Source: an uncultured Chryseobacterium sp. (GTDB taxonomy: Bacteria > Bacteroidota > Bacteroidia > Palsa-965). Taken from it: 64,000 bases of DNA. Numbering within the stretch: position 1 is the stretch's first letter; every line of letters begins with the position of its first letter. The stretch is from positions 9,319 to 73,318 of the forward strand of contig CBIHOC010000024.1 of the NCBI GenBank assembly GCA_966211705.1, in the 5' to 3' direction. The position numbers were made by a program, and so were the translations under genes. Under the pieces are notes generated by a model that was not told the origin of the DNA, made no database searches, and saw only the letters and a list, made by a program, of their open reading frames with translations. Shown one piece after another: positions 39,400-51,000 of this stretch.

Positions 39400-41037
39400 T
39401 TGGTACGATCCATTTCCGCGATGATGTCCGTACGCAAGCCCCTCGCTGTAATCGTCAGCCTTTTCCTGCTCACCGCGCTGCATGCGCTTCCGGCGCGCGT
39501 GTACGTGCTGCAGCCGCAGGAAACGGAAACCGATCTCACCTCGTATTGCATGCTGCTGAGCGATCCCGGGAACAAGCTCGGCATTGAAGAGGTGCTTGCC
39601 GGCCGGAGTTCCGCCTTGTTCACGGAGAATAAATTGCACCAGCCGTTCCTGCAGGCCCATCCGCCCGGCTTCAATGGCTGGGTAAAGCTCAGCATCTGCA
39701 ACCCGGGCCAGTCCGCGCGGTCGATCTTTCTCTCCCCGAGCCGCGACGTCGATTCCGGCATGATCTACTGGAAGGAGCGCGACGGGCTGTATTCCGGGCA
39801 ATGGGGAACGCTGGTGAAAACATCCGGCCGCACCTACCCGCGCATCGGCATGACCATCGCCCCGCGCGATACGCTGCAGCTGCTGATGCGGATCCGCGGC
39901 GACGGCTTCAGCACGTTCAACAACCGCGACATATCCGTCACCGTCAGCGACCAGCAAACCTGGCTGAAGCAGGACGAATCGGCGCTGCTCATCTTCGGGA
40001 TCTTTTACGGCGTGCTGTTCGCGCTCATCTGCTATTCGTTCGCGGTGTATTTTGTCGTGCGCCGGCCCATTTATTTTTATTTCATCGCATTTATTTTTTC
40101 GGCGCTGCTCTTTTACATCAAGGAGAATGAGATCGGCGCGGCTTACATCTGGGGCGATAGCGCGCTGGTGTGGCTGAACAAATACGGGAACAACCTGCTG
40201 TTCGGCCCGCTGGCGATCGTGACGGGTTTTACCTTCTGCCGGAAATTTCTCCACCTCCGGCACTATTACCCGAAGCTCGACCGGGTGATCGCGGTGCTTT
40301 CGTATGTCCAGCTGTTTTCTTTTCTGCGCCTGTTCATCGGCCTCCACGAGCTGATGCGCTTCGTGCAGAACGGGCTGGTGGTGGTGGGAGTCGTTCTGCT
40401 GGTGGGCGGCGCGCTGGCGATGGCGCGGCGGAAAAATCCCGACGCCCGGTTGTTCCTCCTCGTGTTCCTGTTCGCGCTGGCCGGCATTGCGATCCACGCC
40501 CTGCGCTATTCGCAGCTGTTGCCGCAGAACGTATTCACCCAGTATGCCGCGCAGCTGGGCATCGGCATCACCGCTCTCGCTTTCGCGATGGCCATCGGCG
40601 CGCAGGTGCGGCAGATCAACAAGGCCAAGCGCGCTGCGGAGAAAGATGCGCTTGAAAAATCGAAAGAGATCGAACGGCTCACCAAAGAGCAGAACATTTT
40701 GCTCGAGCAGAAAGTGGAGGAGCGCACGCGCGAATTGCAGGAGGCGCAGGACGAGCTGCTGCGCCAGGAAAAGCTGGCCTCGCTCGGCAAGCTGGCCAAC
40801 CGCATCGCCCACGAAATGCAGAACCCGCTCAACTTCGTCAATAATTTTTCCGAGCTGTCTGCCGAGCTCATCGCGGAATACATGTCCGCCACCACCGAAG
40901 AGCGCCTCCACATTCTCAACCAGCTCAAAGAGAATATGGAGAAGATCAACCACCACGGCCAGCGCGCCGACCAGATCGTGAAAAGCATGCTGCAGCATCT
41001 GAACGAGCGGAAGGAAGGGAGTTTGTTCGGGGAATGA
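39400..41037 (+). CDS. 7TM-DISM receptor (extracellular 7TMR-DISMED2 domain + 7 TM helices) with a cytoplasmic HisKA dimerisation/phospho-acceptor domain and no HATPase_c catalytic domain
   Basis: Signal peptide, about 190-aa extracellular domain, seven hydrophobic helices, coiled coil, H-box LANRIAHEMQNPL. The ORF terminates about 60 aa after the H-box, with no N/G1/G2 boxes. Confidence 0.7.
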   Translation: MVRSISAMMSVRKPLAVIVSLFLLTALHALPARVYVLQPQETETDLTSYCMLLSDPGNKLGIEEVLAGRSSALFTENKLHQPFLQAHPPGFNGWVKLSICNPGQSARSIFLSPSRDVDSGMIYWKERDGLYSGQWGTLVKTSGRTYPRIGMTIAPRDTLQLLMRIRGDGFSTFNNRDISVTVSDQQTWLKQDESALLIFGIFYGVLFALICYSFAVYFVVRRPIYFYFIAFIFSALLFYIKENEIGAAYIWGDSALVWLNKYGNNLLFGPLAIVTGFTFCRKFLHLRHYYPKLDRVIAVLSYVQLFSFLRLFIGLHELMRFVQNGLVVVGVVLLVGGALAMARRKNPDARLFLLVFLFALAGIAIHALRYSQLLPQNVFTQYAAQLGIGITALAFAMAIGAQVRQINKAKRAAEKDALEKSKEIERLTKEQNILLEQKVEERTRELQEAQDELLRQEKLASLGKLANRIAHEMQNPLNFVNNFSELSAELIAEYMSATTEERLHILNQLKENMEKINHHGQRADQIVKSMLQHLNERKEGSLFGE

Positions 41038-41232
41038 CAACTCTATTTAGAATCATTTCGAATAAGCCCCATTTTGCTGAAATTCAGTGAGCTTCCTCAT
41101 AATTCCGGAAAATTTCTTCCCCCTGTAAACTTGATACAACCCTGCACGGTGAGTACATTTGTCCCCGCCTGCCGGTTTCCGAATCCCATTTAAATCATCG
41201 CCGGCGGAGACACGTCTAATCTCGTTCGGTAT

Positions 41233-41925
41233 ATGACCAAATTCCTCACCTCCTCCATCGGCAAAAAAACGGTGATGGCCCTTTCCGGCCTGTTCCTTAT
41301 CCTTTTCCTGCTGGAGCACCTGTACACCAACGTACATCTTTTCTTCGGCGACGGCGGCGAAGAATTCAACGAAATGTCTCACTCCATGGTGCGCATGATC
41401 ATCATCCGCATCATCGAGATCGTCCTCTTCCTCGCCATCGTGGTCCACGTGGCGCAGGCCATCCTGCTCACCCGCGAGAACGCACAGGCCCGCCCGATCA
41501 AATACGCCATCAACCGCACCGACCAGACGAGCGTGTGGATCTCCCGCAACATGGGCTTCACGGGGAGCGTCATATTCTTCTTTATCGTAGTTCACCTCTG
41601 GCAGTTCTTCCTGCCTTACCGCGTCACCGGCACCGTCGGTGCGGAAGGACATGAAACGCTGGCCCAGGAAGTGGTCGAAGCGCTGGAAAACCCGCTTTAC
41701 GCCGGCATTTACCTCGTGTCGGTTATTTCCCTTGCCTTCCACCTCAGCCACGCGCTGCAGTCGGCCGCGCAAACGCTCGGGGTCAACAACAAAAAATACG
41801 CGCCCCTGTGGCACAAGCTTTCCATGGGCCTCGCATGGCTGATGGGCATCGGCTTCGGCTCTTTCCCGGTCCTGTTCTACGGCGCGAAGCTGCTGAACAA
41901 AGACCTCCTGAACTGGGCGATGTAA
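41233..41925 (+). CDS. sdhC: Succinate dehydrogenase / fumarate reductase cytochrome b subunit, b558 family
   Basis: 230 aa and five TM helices with conserved His ligands, directly upstream of sdhA and sdhB as in Bacteroidota. Confidence 0.85.
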   Translation: MTKFLTSSIGKKTVMALSGLFLILFLLEHLYTNVHLFFGDGGEEFNEMSHSMVRMIIIRIIEIVLFLAIVVHVAQAILLTRENAQARPIKYAINRTDQTSVWISRNMGFTGSVIFFFIVVHLWQFFLPYRVTGTVGAEGHETLAQEVVEALENPLYAGIYLVSVISLAFHLSHALQSAAQTLGVNNKKYAPLWHKLSMGLAWLMGIGFGSFPVLFYGAKLLNKDLLNWAM

Positions 41926-42019
41926 AAATGAAAAAGCAAAACTCAAAACTCCAAATGCCCAAAATGTCGGGCGCTACACGTTTGAGATTTGAACGTTTGA
42001 ATTTTTTGAAATTTCAACT

Positions 42020-43996
<1,977 letters not shown>

Positions 43997-43997
43997 A

Positions 43998-44062
43998 ACC
44001 CTCCGTGCCTCCGTGTCTCCGTGGTGAAAGATCGTCAACCACGGAGACACGGAGGCACGGAG
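43998..44062. repeat. Near-perfect 25-nt inverted repeat (ctccgtgcctccgtgtctccgtggt / accacggagacacggaggcacggag) between sdhA and sdhB
   Basis: Read directly in the sequence. Intra-operon hairpin and a member of the word-repeat palindrome family. Confidence 0.5.
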
Positions 44063-44079
44063 AAAAACAACAGCGTATC

Positions 44080-44823
44080 ATGAATCTCACGCTCAAAGTC
44101 TGGAGACAGAAAAACGCGAACGACAAAGGCGGGTTCACCACCTACAAGGTGAATGACATTTCCCCCGACATGTCTTTCCTCGAAATGTTCGACGTGCTCA
44201 ACGAGCGCCTCATCAGCGAAGGACAGGAACCCATTGCGTTCGACCACGACTGCCGCGAAGGCATTTGCGGCATGTGCAGCATGTTCATCAACGGTCGTGC
44301 GCACGGTCCGCAGCGCGCCACCACCACCTGCCAGCTGCACATGCGCCAGTTCAAAGACGGAGACACGATCACCGTTGAGCCCTGGCGCGCCAAATCGTTC
44401 CCGGTGATCAAGGACCTCGTCGTGGACCGCACCGCGTTCGACAAGATCCAGTCTGCCGGCGGTTTTGTTTCCGTCAACACCGGCAACGCGCAGGATGCGA
44501 ACTGCCTTCCCATTCCGAAGACCGACGCCGACAAGTCATTCGCTGCTGCGGCCTGCATCGGCTGCGGGGCCTGCGTGGCTGCGTGCAAGAACGCTTCCGC
44601 CATGCTGTTCGTTTCCGCCAAAATTTCCCAGTACGCCCTCCTTCCCCAGGGACAGGTCGAGCGCGTGGACCGCGCGCTGAACATGGTGAAGGAAATGGAC
44701 GCGATGGGCTTCGGCAATTGCACGAACACCGGTTCCTGCGAAGCTGCCTGCCCGAAGGAAATTTCGCTGGAAAATATCGCGACGATGAACCGCGAATATA
44801 TTATGGCGAATTTGAAGAAGTAA
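44080..44823 (+). CDS. sdhB: Succinate dehydrogenase / fumarate reductase iron-sulfur subunit
   Basis: 2Fe-2[11 protein letters not shown] and 4Fe-4S/3Fe-4[12 protein letters not shown]...[12 protein letters not shown] cysteine clusters. Start refined to MNLTLKVW at 44080. Confidence 0.9.
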   Translation: MNLTLKVWRQKNANDKGGFTTYKVNDISPDMSFLEMFDVLNERLISEGQEPIAFDHDCREGICGMCSMFINGRAHGPQRATTTCQLHMRQFKDGDTITVEPWRAKSFPVIKDLVVDRTAFDKIQSAGGFVSVNTGNAQDANCLPIPKTDADKSFAAAACIGCGACVAACKNASAMLFVSAKISQYALLPQGQVERVDRALNMVKEMDAMGFGNCTNTGSCEAACPKEISLENIATMNREYIMANLKK

Positions 44824-45370
44824 TTGTTCGGAAAAATTTTGTGGAAGCCATCCTGCAGGAATGCGGGGTGGCTTTTGTGTTTTCAAAGGTGTCGAATTCT
44901 GCCCCTTTGAAATCATTATTCAGTTGCGATCAAAAAACCGTTCAGTTCAAATGTGGCGAAATCGCTGTAATTAAATAACCCGTCGAATTCGACGGGTTTA
45001 AAATCTCGCTCTGTTGTTTAATAAACTCAGCCAGTCGTTCTTGTAATGCTGCTTGCCCGCAATCGAGGGCTCTTCCTCTCTCAGCACTCATAAAAACTGT
45101 CGCGCCGATATGATTTATTGGTGACCAGATAATTCCTTCCCGGGCTTCTCCCCATTCCGGGAGGAAAAATCCCCATCGTGGAAAAATTCCCCATTCTTTT
45201 TAATTCGCTGGGCGGATGGACGGATGCCCGGGAAGCGCTTACCGGCTTTGGGCTTTTCAGAATTATTTACAAATGAAAACCGCTGTAATCCAAGCGGAAA
45301 ACAGCGGTTGTATAGTTATATCCCGCAAAAATCATTCCTTTTTTCAATTATTGTGTAATTTGGTAGCAAT

Positions 45371-46852
45371 ATGCTCAGGCAAGGACTACACCAGAAGTTA
45401 TTACAGAAGCTGTCGCCACAGCAGATCCAGTTGATGAAGCTGCTGCAGCTGCCCACGGTGGCGCTGGAACAACGCATCAAGGAAGAGCTGGAAGTGAACC
45501 CTGCGCTTGAAGAAGGCGAGGAGAGCAGCGAAGAGGATAAAAAAGACGAGATCGACGAGGACGACGACGGGCTGTTCGAAGACGGTGCGGAAGGTGATGA
45601 TGAAAAAGAATCGGTCAAGGACGAAGACTTCGCGCTCGGCGATTACATGGACGAGGACGAAGGTTATTCGTACCGCGAGCATGTGAACAACAGCAGTCCC
45701 GACGACGAGCGCCGCGAAATGCCGCTCTCGCAGGGCCCCGGCTTCCACGACCAGCTCCTCAGCCAGCTTGGCCTCCAGCCCATCGACGACCACCAGTACC
45801 AGGTGGCTTCGTACCTCATCGGCAACATGGACGAGGACGGCTACATGCGCCGCGAGCTGGGCGCGATCGTCGACGACATTGCATTCTCACAGAATATCAC
45901 CACGACGGAAGAAGAGCTGAAGGAATTGCTCGGGCTCATCCAGACGTTCGATCCCCCGGGCGTGGGCGCGCGCGACCTGCAGGAATGCCTGCTGCTGCAG
46001 CTCCAGCGGAAAAACCCGAAGACGCCGGAAGTGGTGCTCGCCATGCGCGTGGTGCAGGAGCACATGGAAGAGTTTTCAAAAAAACATTACGATAAAATTT
46101 CCCGCCGCCTCGGCATCGACGACGAATCGCTCAAGCGCGTGATCCGTGAAGTGACGCATCTCAATCCCCGCCCGGGCAGCTCCGCGATCGACTCCGCGCG
46201 CTCCGTGCAGGATGTCGTTCCCGATTTTATCGTGAGCAATTCCGACGGCAAGCTCGACCTCACGCTGAACGAACGCAACATGCCCGAGCTGCGCGTGAGC
46301 GGGATGTATTCCAACATGCTGCAGGAATATGCGCGCAGCAAAGACAAGAGCAGCAAAGAGGCCGTCAACTTCATCAAGCAGAAGATCGACTCCGCGAAAT
46401 GGTTCATGGACGCCCTTCGCCAGCGCCAGCAAACATTGCTGCTGACGATGGAAGCGATCATGGAATACCAATATGAATATTTCCTGGAAGGCGACGAGAC
46501 GAAGCTGCGCCCGATGATCCTCAAGGATATCGCGGACCGCGTGGGGCTCGACATTTCCACCGTTTCCCGCGTGGCGAACAGCAAATACGTGCAGACACAA
46601 TTCGGCACGTTCCTCCTCAAAAGCTTTTTCTCCGAATCGCTTTCCACCGACAGCGGTGAAGAAGTGTCGACGCGCGAAGTGAAGAAAATTCTTTCCGACT
46701 GCATCGCCGCCGAAGACAAGCGCCGCCCGCTCACCGACGACCGCCTGGCGAAGATCCTCAAGGACAAAGGATACAACATCGCGCGCCGCACCGTTGCCAA
46801 ATACCGCGAGCAGCTCGACATCCCGGTGGCGCGACTGCGCAAGGAGCTCTGA
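45371..46852 (+). CDS. rpoN: RNA polymerase sigma-54 factor
   Basis: N-terminal Gln/Leu-rich activator-interacting region, acidic linker, core-binding domain, HTH and C-terminal RpoN box ARRTVAKYREQLDIP. 493 aa. Confidence 0.95.
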   Translation: MLRQGLHQKLLQKLSPQQIQLMKLLQLPTVALEQRIKEELEVNPALEEGEESSEEDKKDEIDEDDDGLFEDGAEGDDEKESVKDEDFALGDYMDEDEGYSYREHVNNSSPDDERREMPLSQGPGFHDQLLSQLGLQPIDDHQYQVASYLIGNMDEDGYMRRELGAIVDDIAFSQNITTTEEELKELLGLIQTFDPPGVGARDLQECLLLQLQRKNPKTPEVVLAMRVVQEHMEEFSKKHYDKISRRLGIDDESLKRVIREVTHLNPRPGSSAIDSARSVQDVVPDFIVSNSDGKLDLTLNERNMPELRVSGMYSNMLQEYARSKDKSSKEAVNFIKQKIDSAKWFMDALRQRQQTLLLTMEAIMEYQYEYFLEGDETKLRPMILKDIADRVGLDISTVSRVANSKYVQTQFGTFLLKSFFSESLSTDSGEEVSTREVKKILSDCIAAEDKRRPLTDDRLAKILKDKGYNIARRTVAKYREQLDIPVARLRKEL

Positions 46853-46870
46853 GCGTAAAAAACCAAAACA

Positions 46871-46917
46871 AAAATTCCAAATCCCAAAGCAGCTGCGATT
46901 TTGGGATTTGGAATTTT
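46871..46917 (+). terminator. Hairpin aaaattccaaatcccaaa-gcagctgcga-ttttgggatttggaatttt downstream of rpoN
   Basis: 18-bp inverted repeat with a T-rich 3' flank, 19 nt after the rpoN stop. A/T-rich stem, so the terminator call is moderate. Confidence 0.5.
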
Positions 46918-46945
46918 GAGCTTTGTATTTTTTTGAGACCTGCTT

Positions 46946-47557
46946 TTGACTGTGAAAATTACTTCTTTAACCCTCTCCGTAATTCTTCACCCCATGCTGA
47001 TGGTGACGTACGCCGCCGCCATCTTCCTGTTCGTGCTCCCTTCCGATTTCCAGCCCGTTTCGCCGGGGCTGCCGTGGAAGATCCTCGGCCTGCTCTTCAT
47101 CAGCACCGTGCTCATGCCGCTTACGTTCGTATTCATGATGCTGCGTATGGGACGCATCGACACCATGCAGATGGAACGGCAAAAGGAACGCAACTGGCCC
47201 CTGCTCACCACGGCGATGATCTACGCCGGCGGTTATTACGCGATCCGCTCCAGGGCGGTGCCCGATTTTATCCAGCTCTTTCTTCTCGGCGCGGTGATCG
47301 GCATGCTGCTCGCGCTGGTCGTGAACCTGAAATGGAAGATCAGCCTGCACATGATCGGCATCGGCGGGTTGTGCGGGGGAATTACAGCCGCGCTCATGCT
47401 GGGCATCGACGGAAGCCCGTGGCTGGTCGCCGGATGTTTTCTTGCGGCAGGATTGCTCGGCACGGCGCGCCTGTACCTTCATGCGCATTCGCCCGTGCAG
47501 GTGCTCGCCGGTTTCCTTGCAGGATTTGCCGTGGAGTTTGGACTGATGATGATGTAA
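46946..47557 (+). CDS. Polytopic membrane protein, possibly PAP2-like
   Basis: About 6 TM helices. SLH and R-x5-H-x3-Q resemble PAP2 motifs C2/C3, but the third-motif Asp is replaced. Tentative. Confidence 0.4.
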   Translation: MTVKITSLTLSVILHPMLMVTYAAAIFLFVLPSDFQPVSPGLPWKILGLLFISTVLMPLTFVFMMLRMGRIDTMQMERQKERNWPLLTTAMIYAGGYYAIRSRAVPDFIQLFLLGAVIGMLLALVVNLKWKISLHMIGIGGLCGGITAALMLGIDGSPWLVAGCFLAAGLLGTARLYLHAHSPVQVLAGFLAGFAVEFGLMMM

Positions 47558-47562
47558 AGGGT

Positions 47563-47700
47563 GCGAATTACGAATCGCTGCGAATCTACGAATTACGAAT
47601 CGCTGGCGGAATGCTATGCCCTCAAAGGGTTGCGCGCAGCCATGCGCACCGGCAACCCTTTGAGGGTTTAGCATTCGTATCCGGAAAGAAATCGTAAATC
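47563..47700. repeat. Palindromic/repeat block (gcgaattacgaatcgct x2, gccctcaaagggttgc...ggcaaccctttgagggt, cgaatgctatgcc / ttagcattcg)
   Basis: Direct and inverted repeats seen in the sequence between convergent genes. Confidence 0.35.
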
Positions 47701-47734
47701 CGCGCCATTCGCATTCGCACGCGGCAGACGTACC

Positions 47735-47932
47735 CTATTTCACAAGGTCCGCCACCTTATCATAATTGGCTTTCACGAGGATTTCCTCGCCGGAGACAAG
47801 GACGATTTTGCAGCCTTTGCCGAAGCGGACAACAGAGCGAACGTGTTTCTGCGGGATAAAATGGTTATCGACCTTGATGAGGACAGGGATATCGGCAGCG
47901 GGGGAGGTGAATTCGTCTTGCTTGGATGCCAC
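47735..47932 (-). CDS. Small (65 aa) hypothetical protein
   Basis: Short ORF with a plausible beta-rich pattern (VLIKVDNHFIPQKHVRSVVRFGKGCKIVLVSGEEILV). Unsupported beyond ORF integrity. Confidence 0.35.
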   Translation of the reverse strand: MASKQDEFTSPAADIPVLIKVDNHFIPQKHVRSVVRFGKGCKIVLVSGEEILVKANYDKVADLVK

Positions 47933-48086
47933 GGGGTTTCTTCTTATATTTCGTGTGTAAAGGTAACGAATCGCCCCCCGGTTTCGCCAACTGTTAACAA
48001 CCTTGTTGATGATCAGCGGTTAGCGGAATCCGACGGCAAACGGGTTTCGCTGAACTTTACGGGCAAACACATTAAACGAGTATAGT

Positions 48087-51000
48087 TTGAAACAGCGTTT
48101 ACCTGCTTTCATTTTATCCCTTTTCATCGCCACGACGCTGTTCGCGGAGGACCGTTACTGGGTGGGCGGATCGGGAAGCTGGCATGATGCCGCGCACTGG
48201 TCCGGCGTTCCTTACGGTAAAGGCGGTGCAGGCGTTCCCACTGCGAATGACCGGGTCTATATCGGTTACGCCGGAGGACATCAGCACGACACGATCACCG
48301 TCAACGGCATCGCCGACTGTGGAGGAATTAATTATAACCGCACGCCTTCGGAGATCGGTATTGAAAATGCCGCCATCCTGCTCGCTGGTAACGGCGAGAT
48401 CAACGTCAACGGTTCGTTGTATTTCGCAAAACCCTTCGCCGACCTCTTTACCGGCACCTGGAAATTCCTCGATCGCAACGCATGTTTCCGCGACAGCTCC
48501 GTTCCTGAGATCGAAACTTCCGGCCACGTTTTCACCGGCAAAATCGTATTCGCTTCACCGGAATCGACCGAATCTTCCGGCTGCCTGAACAGCTGGATGG
48601 TCAAGGATCAGCTGTATGTGAACAATACTATCGAAGCTCAGAAAGGATCGCAGCTCATTGTTCCGGAGAACGCAAAAGTCGCCGCGCCGAATGTTGCCCG
48701 TCATGCTGAAGGCGAACTGCTCGTACAGGGTGGAACCGTGATCGACGGCAGCACGCAGCGTGTCCATTCCCCCAATTCCCCGCAAAGCCATACCGTCACC
48801 ACGGTCATCGTTCCCAACCTCTGCAACGGCAACTGCAACGCCACGGCCACCGCAGTAGTAACGGGCGGTTCCGGCAGCTTCTCGTACCAGTGGAGCAACG
48901 CGCAGACCACGCAGACGGCCACGAACCTATGCGCCGGCACATACCTGGTCGTTGTGACCGACCTGGTCAACGGCGACCAGATCCCCGCTTTCGCGATCGT
49001 CACCGACCCGCCGCCGCTCGTCATCTTCTTCTTCAACACACCCGCCACCTGCTTCGGCAACTGCGACGGCACCAGCAGCGCGACCGTCGCCGGCGGAACT
49101 CCCGGCTACACGTATGCCTGGTCTCCCGCGCCCGGCGGCGGACAGGGAACGCCCAACGCCACCGGCCTCTGCGCAGGCATATACACGCTGACGGTGACCG
49201 ACAGCAACGGCTGCCAGATCAGCATGCAGTCGATCATCCTTCAGCCCGCGCTGCTCATTGACAATGGAACATTCACCAACGTCTCCTGCTTCGGGTTTTG
49301 CGACGGCACGGCAAGCGTAGCGCCCACCGGGGGCACCGCGCCATATACCTACGACTGGCTGCCCGGCAGCCCGATCGGGGACGGCACGCCTAACATCTCC
49401 AACCTTTGCCCCGGAACGTACACGTGCAACATTACGGATGCGAACGGCTGCACGGATTCGTATGTCGCGACGATCACGCAGCCGCAACCTCTGCAGGCCA
49501 CGCTCAGCAGCACCAACGCATCCTGCTTCGGCGTCTGCGACGGGACTGCCTCTTCGACCGTTTCCGGCGGCACCACGCCGTACAATTACAACTGGATGCC
49601 GGGGAACCTGAACACGCCCAACATCACAGGGCTGTGCGCCGGTACCTACACGCTTACGGTAACCGACAACAACGGTTGTGTGACGACGCAACAGGTAACC
49701 GTCACGGAACCCAACCAGCTGAATGTCACCCCCACAGGAATAAACATTGCCTGCTTTGCGACGTGTACGGGAATAGCCTCGGCCAACGCATCCGGCGGAA
49801 CACCCGGGTATGCTTATTCCTGGGCGCCGGCCGGCGGCACCGGGCCTGTGGCAAACAACCTTTGCCCGGATACATATACGGTCACGGTCACCGACACGAA
49901 CGGGTGCACGACAAACGGCACCGTGGTCATTACGGAACCCACGCAGCTTTTCGGAAATGCAGCCGGAACGGACATCACCTGTTTCGGGGCCTGCAATGGA
50001 TCAGCGACGGCAAACCCTTCAGGAGGAACCGGGCCATACACGTATCTGTGGATGCCCGGGAACCTGACGACACAAACGATTTCAAATTTATGCCCCGGAA
50101 CCTATACGGTTACCGTCACCGATGCGAATAACTGCTCCGACCCGGAAGTGGTGACCATCACCGAGCCGACGCAGCTGCAGACCAATGCGGTGTCGAACAT
50201 GGTTTCCTGTTTCGGCGCCTGCGACGGCACGGCTACAGCGAGTCCCAGCGGCGGCACACCGGGATACACGTATCTCTGGATGCCCGGCGGGCAAACGACG
50301 CCTTCCGTTTCCGGGTGGTGCCCGGGAACGTACACGCTTACGGTAACCGACGCGAACGGCTGCACACGCAACCAGGTGATCACGATCACGCAGCCGAACC
50401 AGCTTACGGTAGGCATCAACGCGACTTCCATTTCCTGCAACAGCGCCTGCAGCGCCGTGCTTTCCGCCACCGTCTCGGGCGGAACACCGGTGTTCACGTA
50501 TTCGTGGGCGCCGGGCGGGCAGACGACGCCCAGCATCAGCAACCAATGCGCCGGCAGCTACACGGTCGACATTACCGACGCAAACGGGTGCACCACGACG
50601 AACAGCATTTCCATTACCCAGCCCACGCCTTTCCAGATCACCACGACGGTTACCGACGTCACCTGCAACAACCTCTGCAACGGCGCGATCACGGTGAGCG
50701 TTTCGGGATCTTCCCCGCCTTACACCTACAGCTGGGCGCCGGGCGGGCAAACCACGCCGACCATTAACGGATTATGCGCAGGATCGTACACGCTTACGAT
50801 CAACGACGCGAGCGGTTGCGACAGCACGATCGTAGTTACGGTAACCGAGCCGACACAGATCACGACCAACGCCACGTTCACCAATGCGACCTGTTCGGGC
50901 GTGTGCAACGGAACAGCTGCGGCAGTGCCGTCCGGCGGCACGGGACCATATACATACCTGTGGATGCCGGGGTCGCTCAATACGCCTTCGGTAAGCGGCC

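Noticed and set aside
39283-41040. 585-aa minus-strand ORF covering the 7TM-DISM gene
   Set aside because: The plus-strand frame encodes a coherent signal peptide, 7TM and HisKA architecture. The minus frame is low-complexity (runs of R/Q/E/H/G) with no domain.
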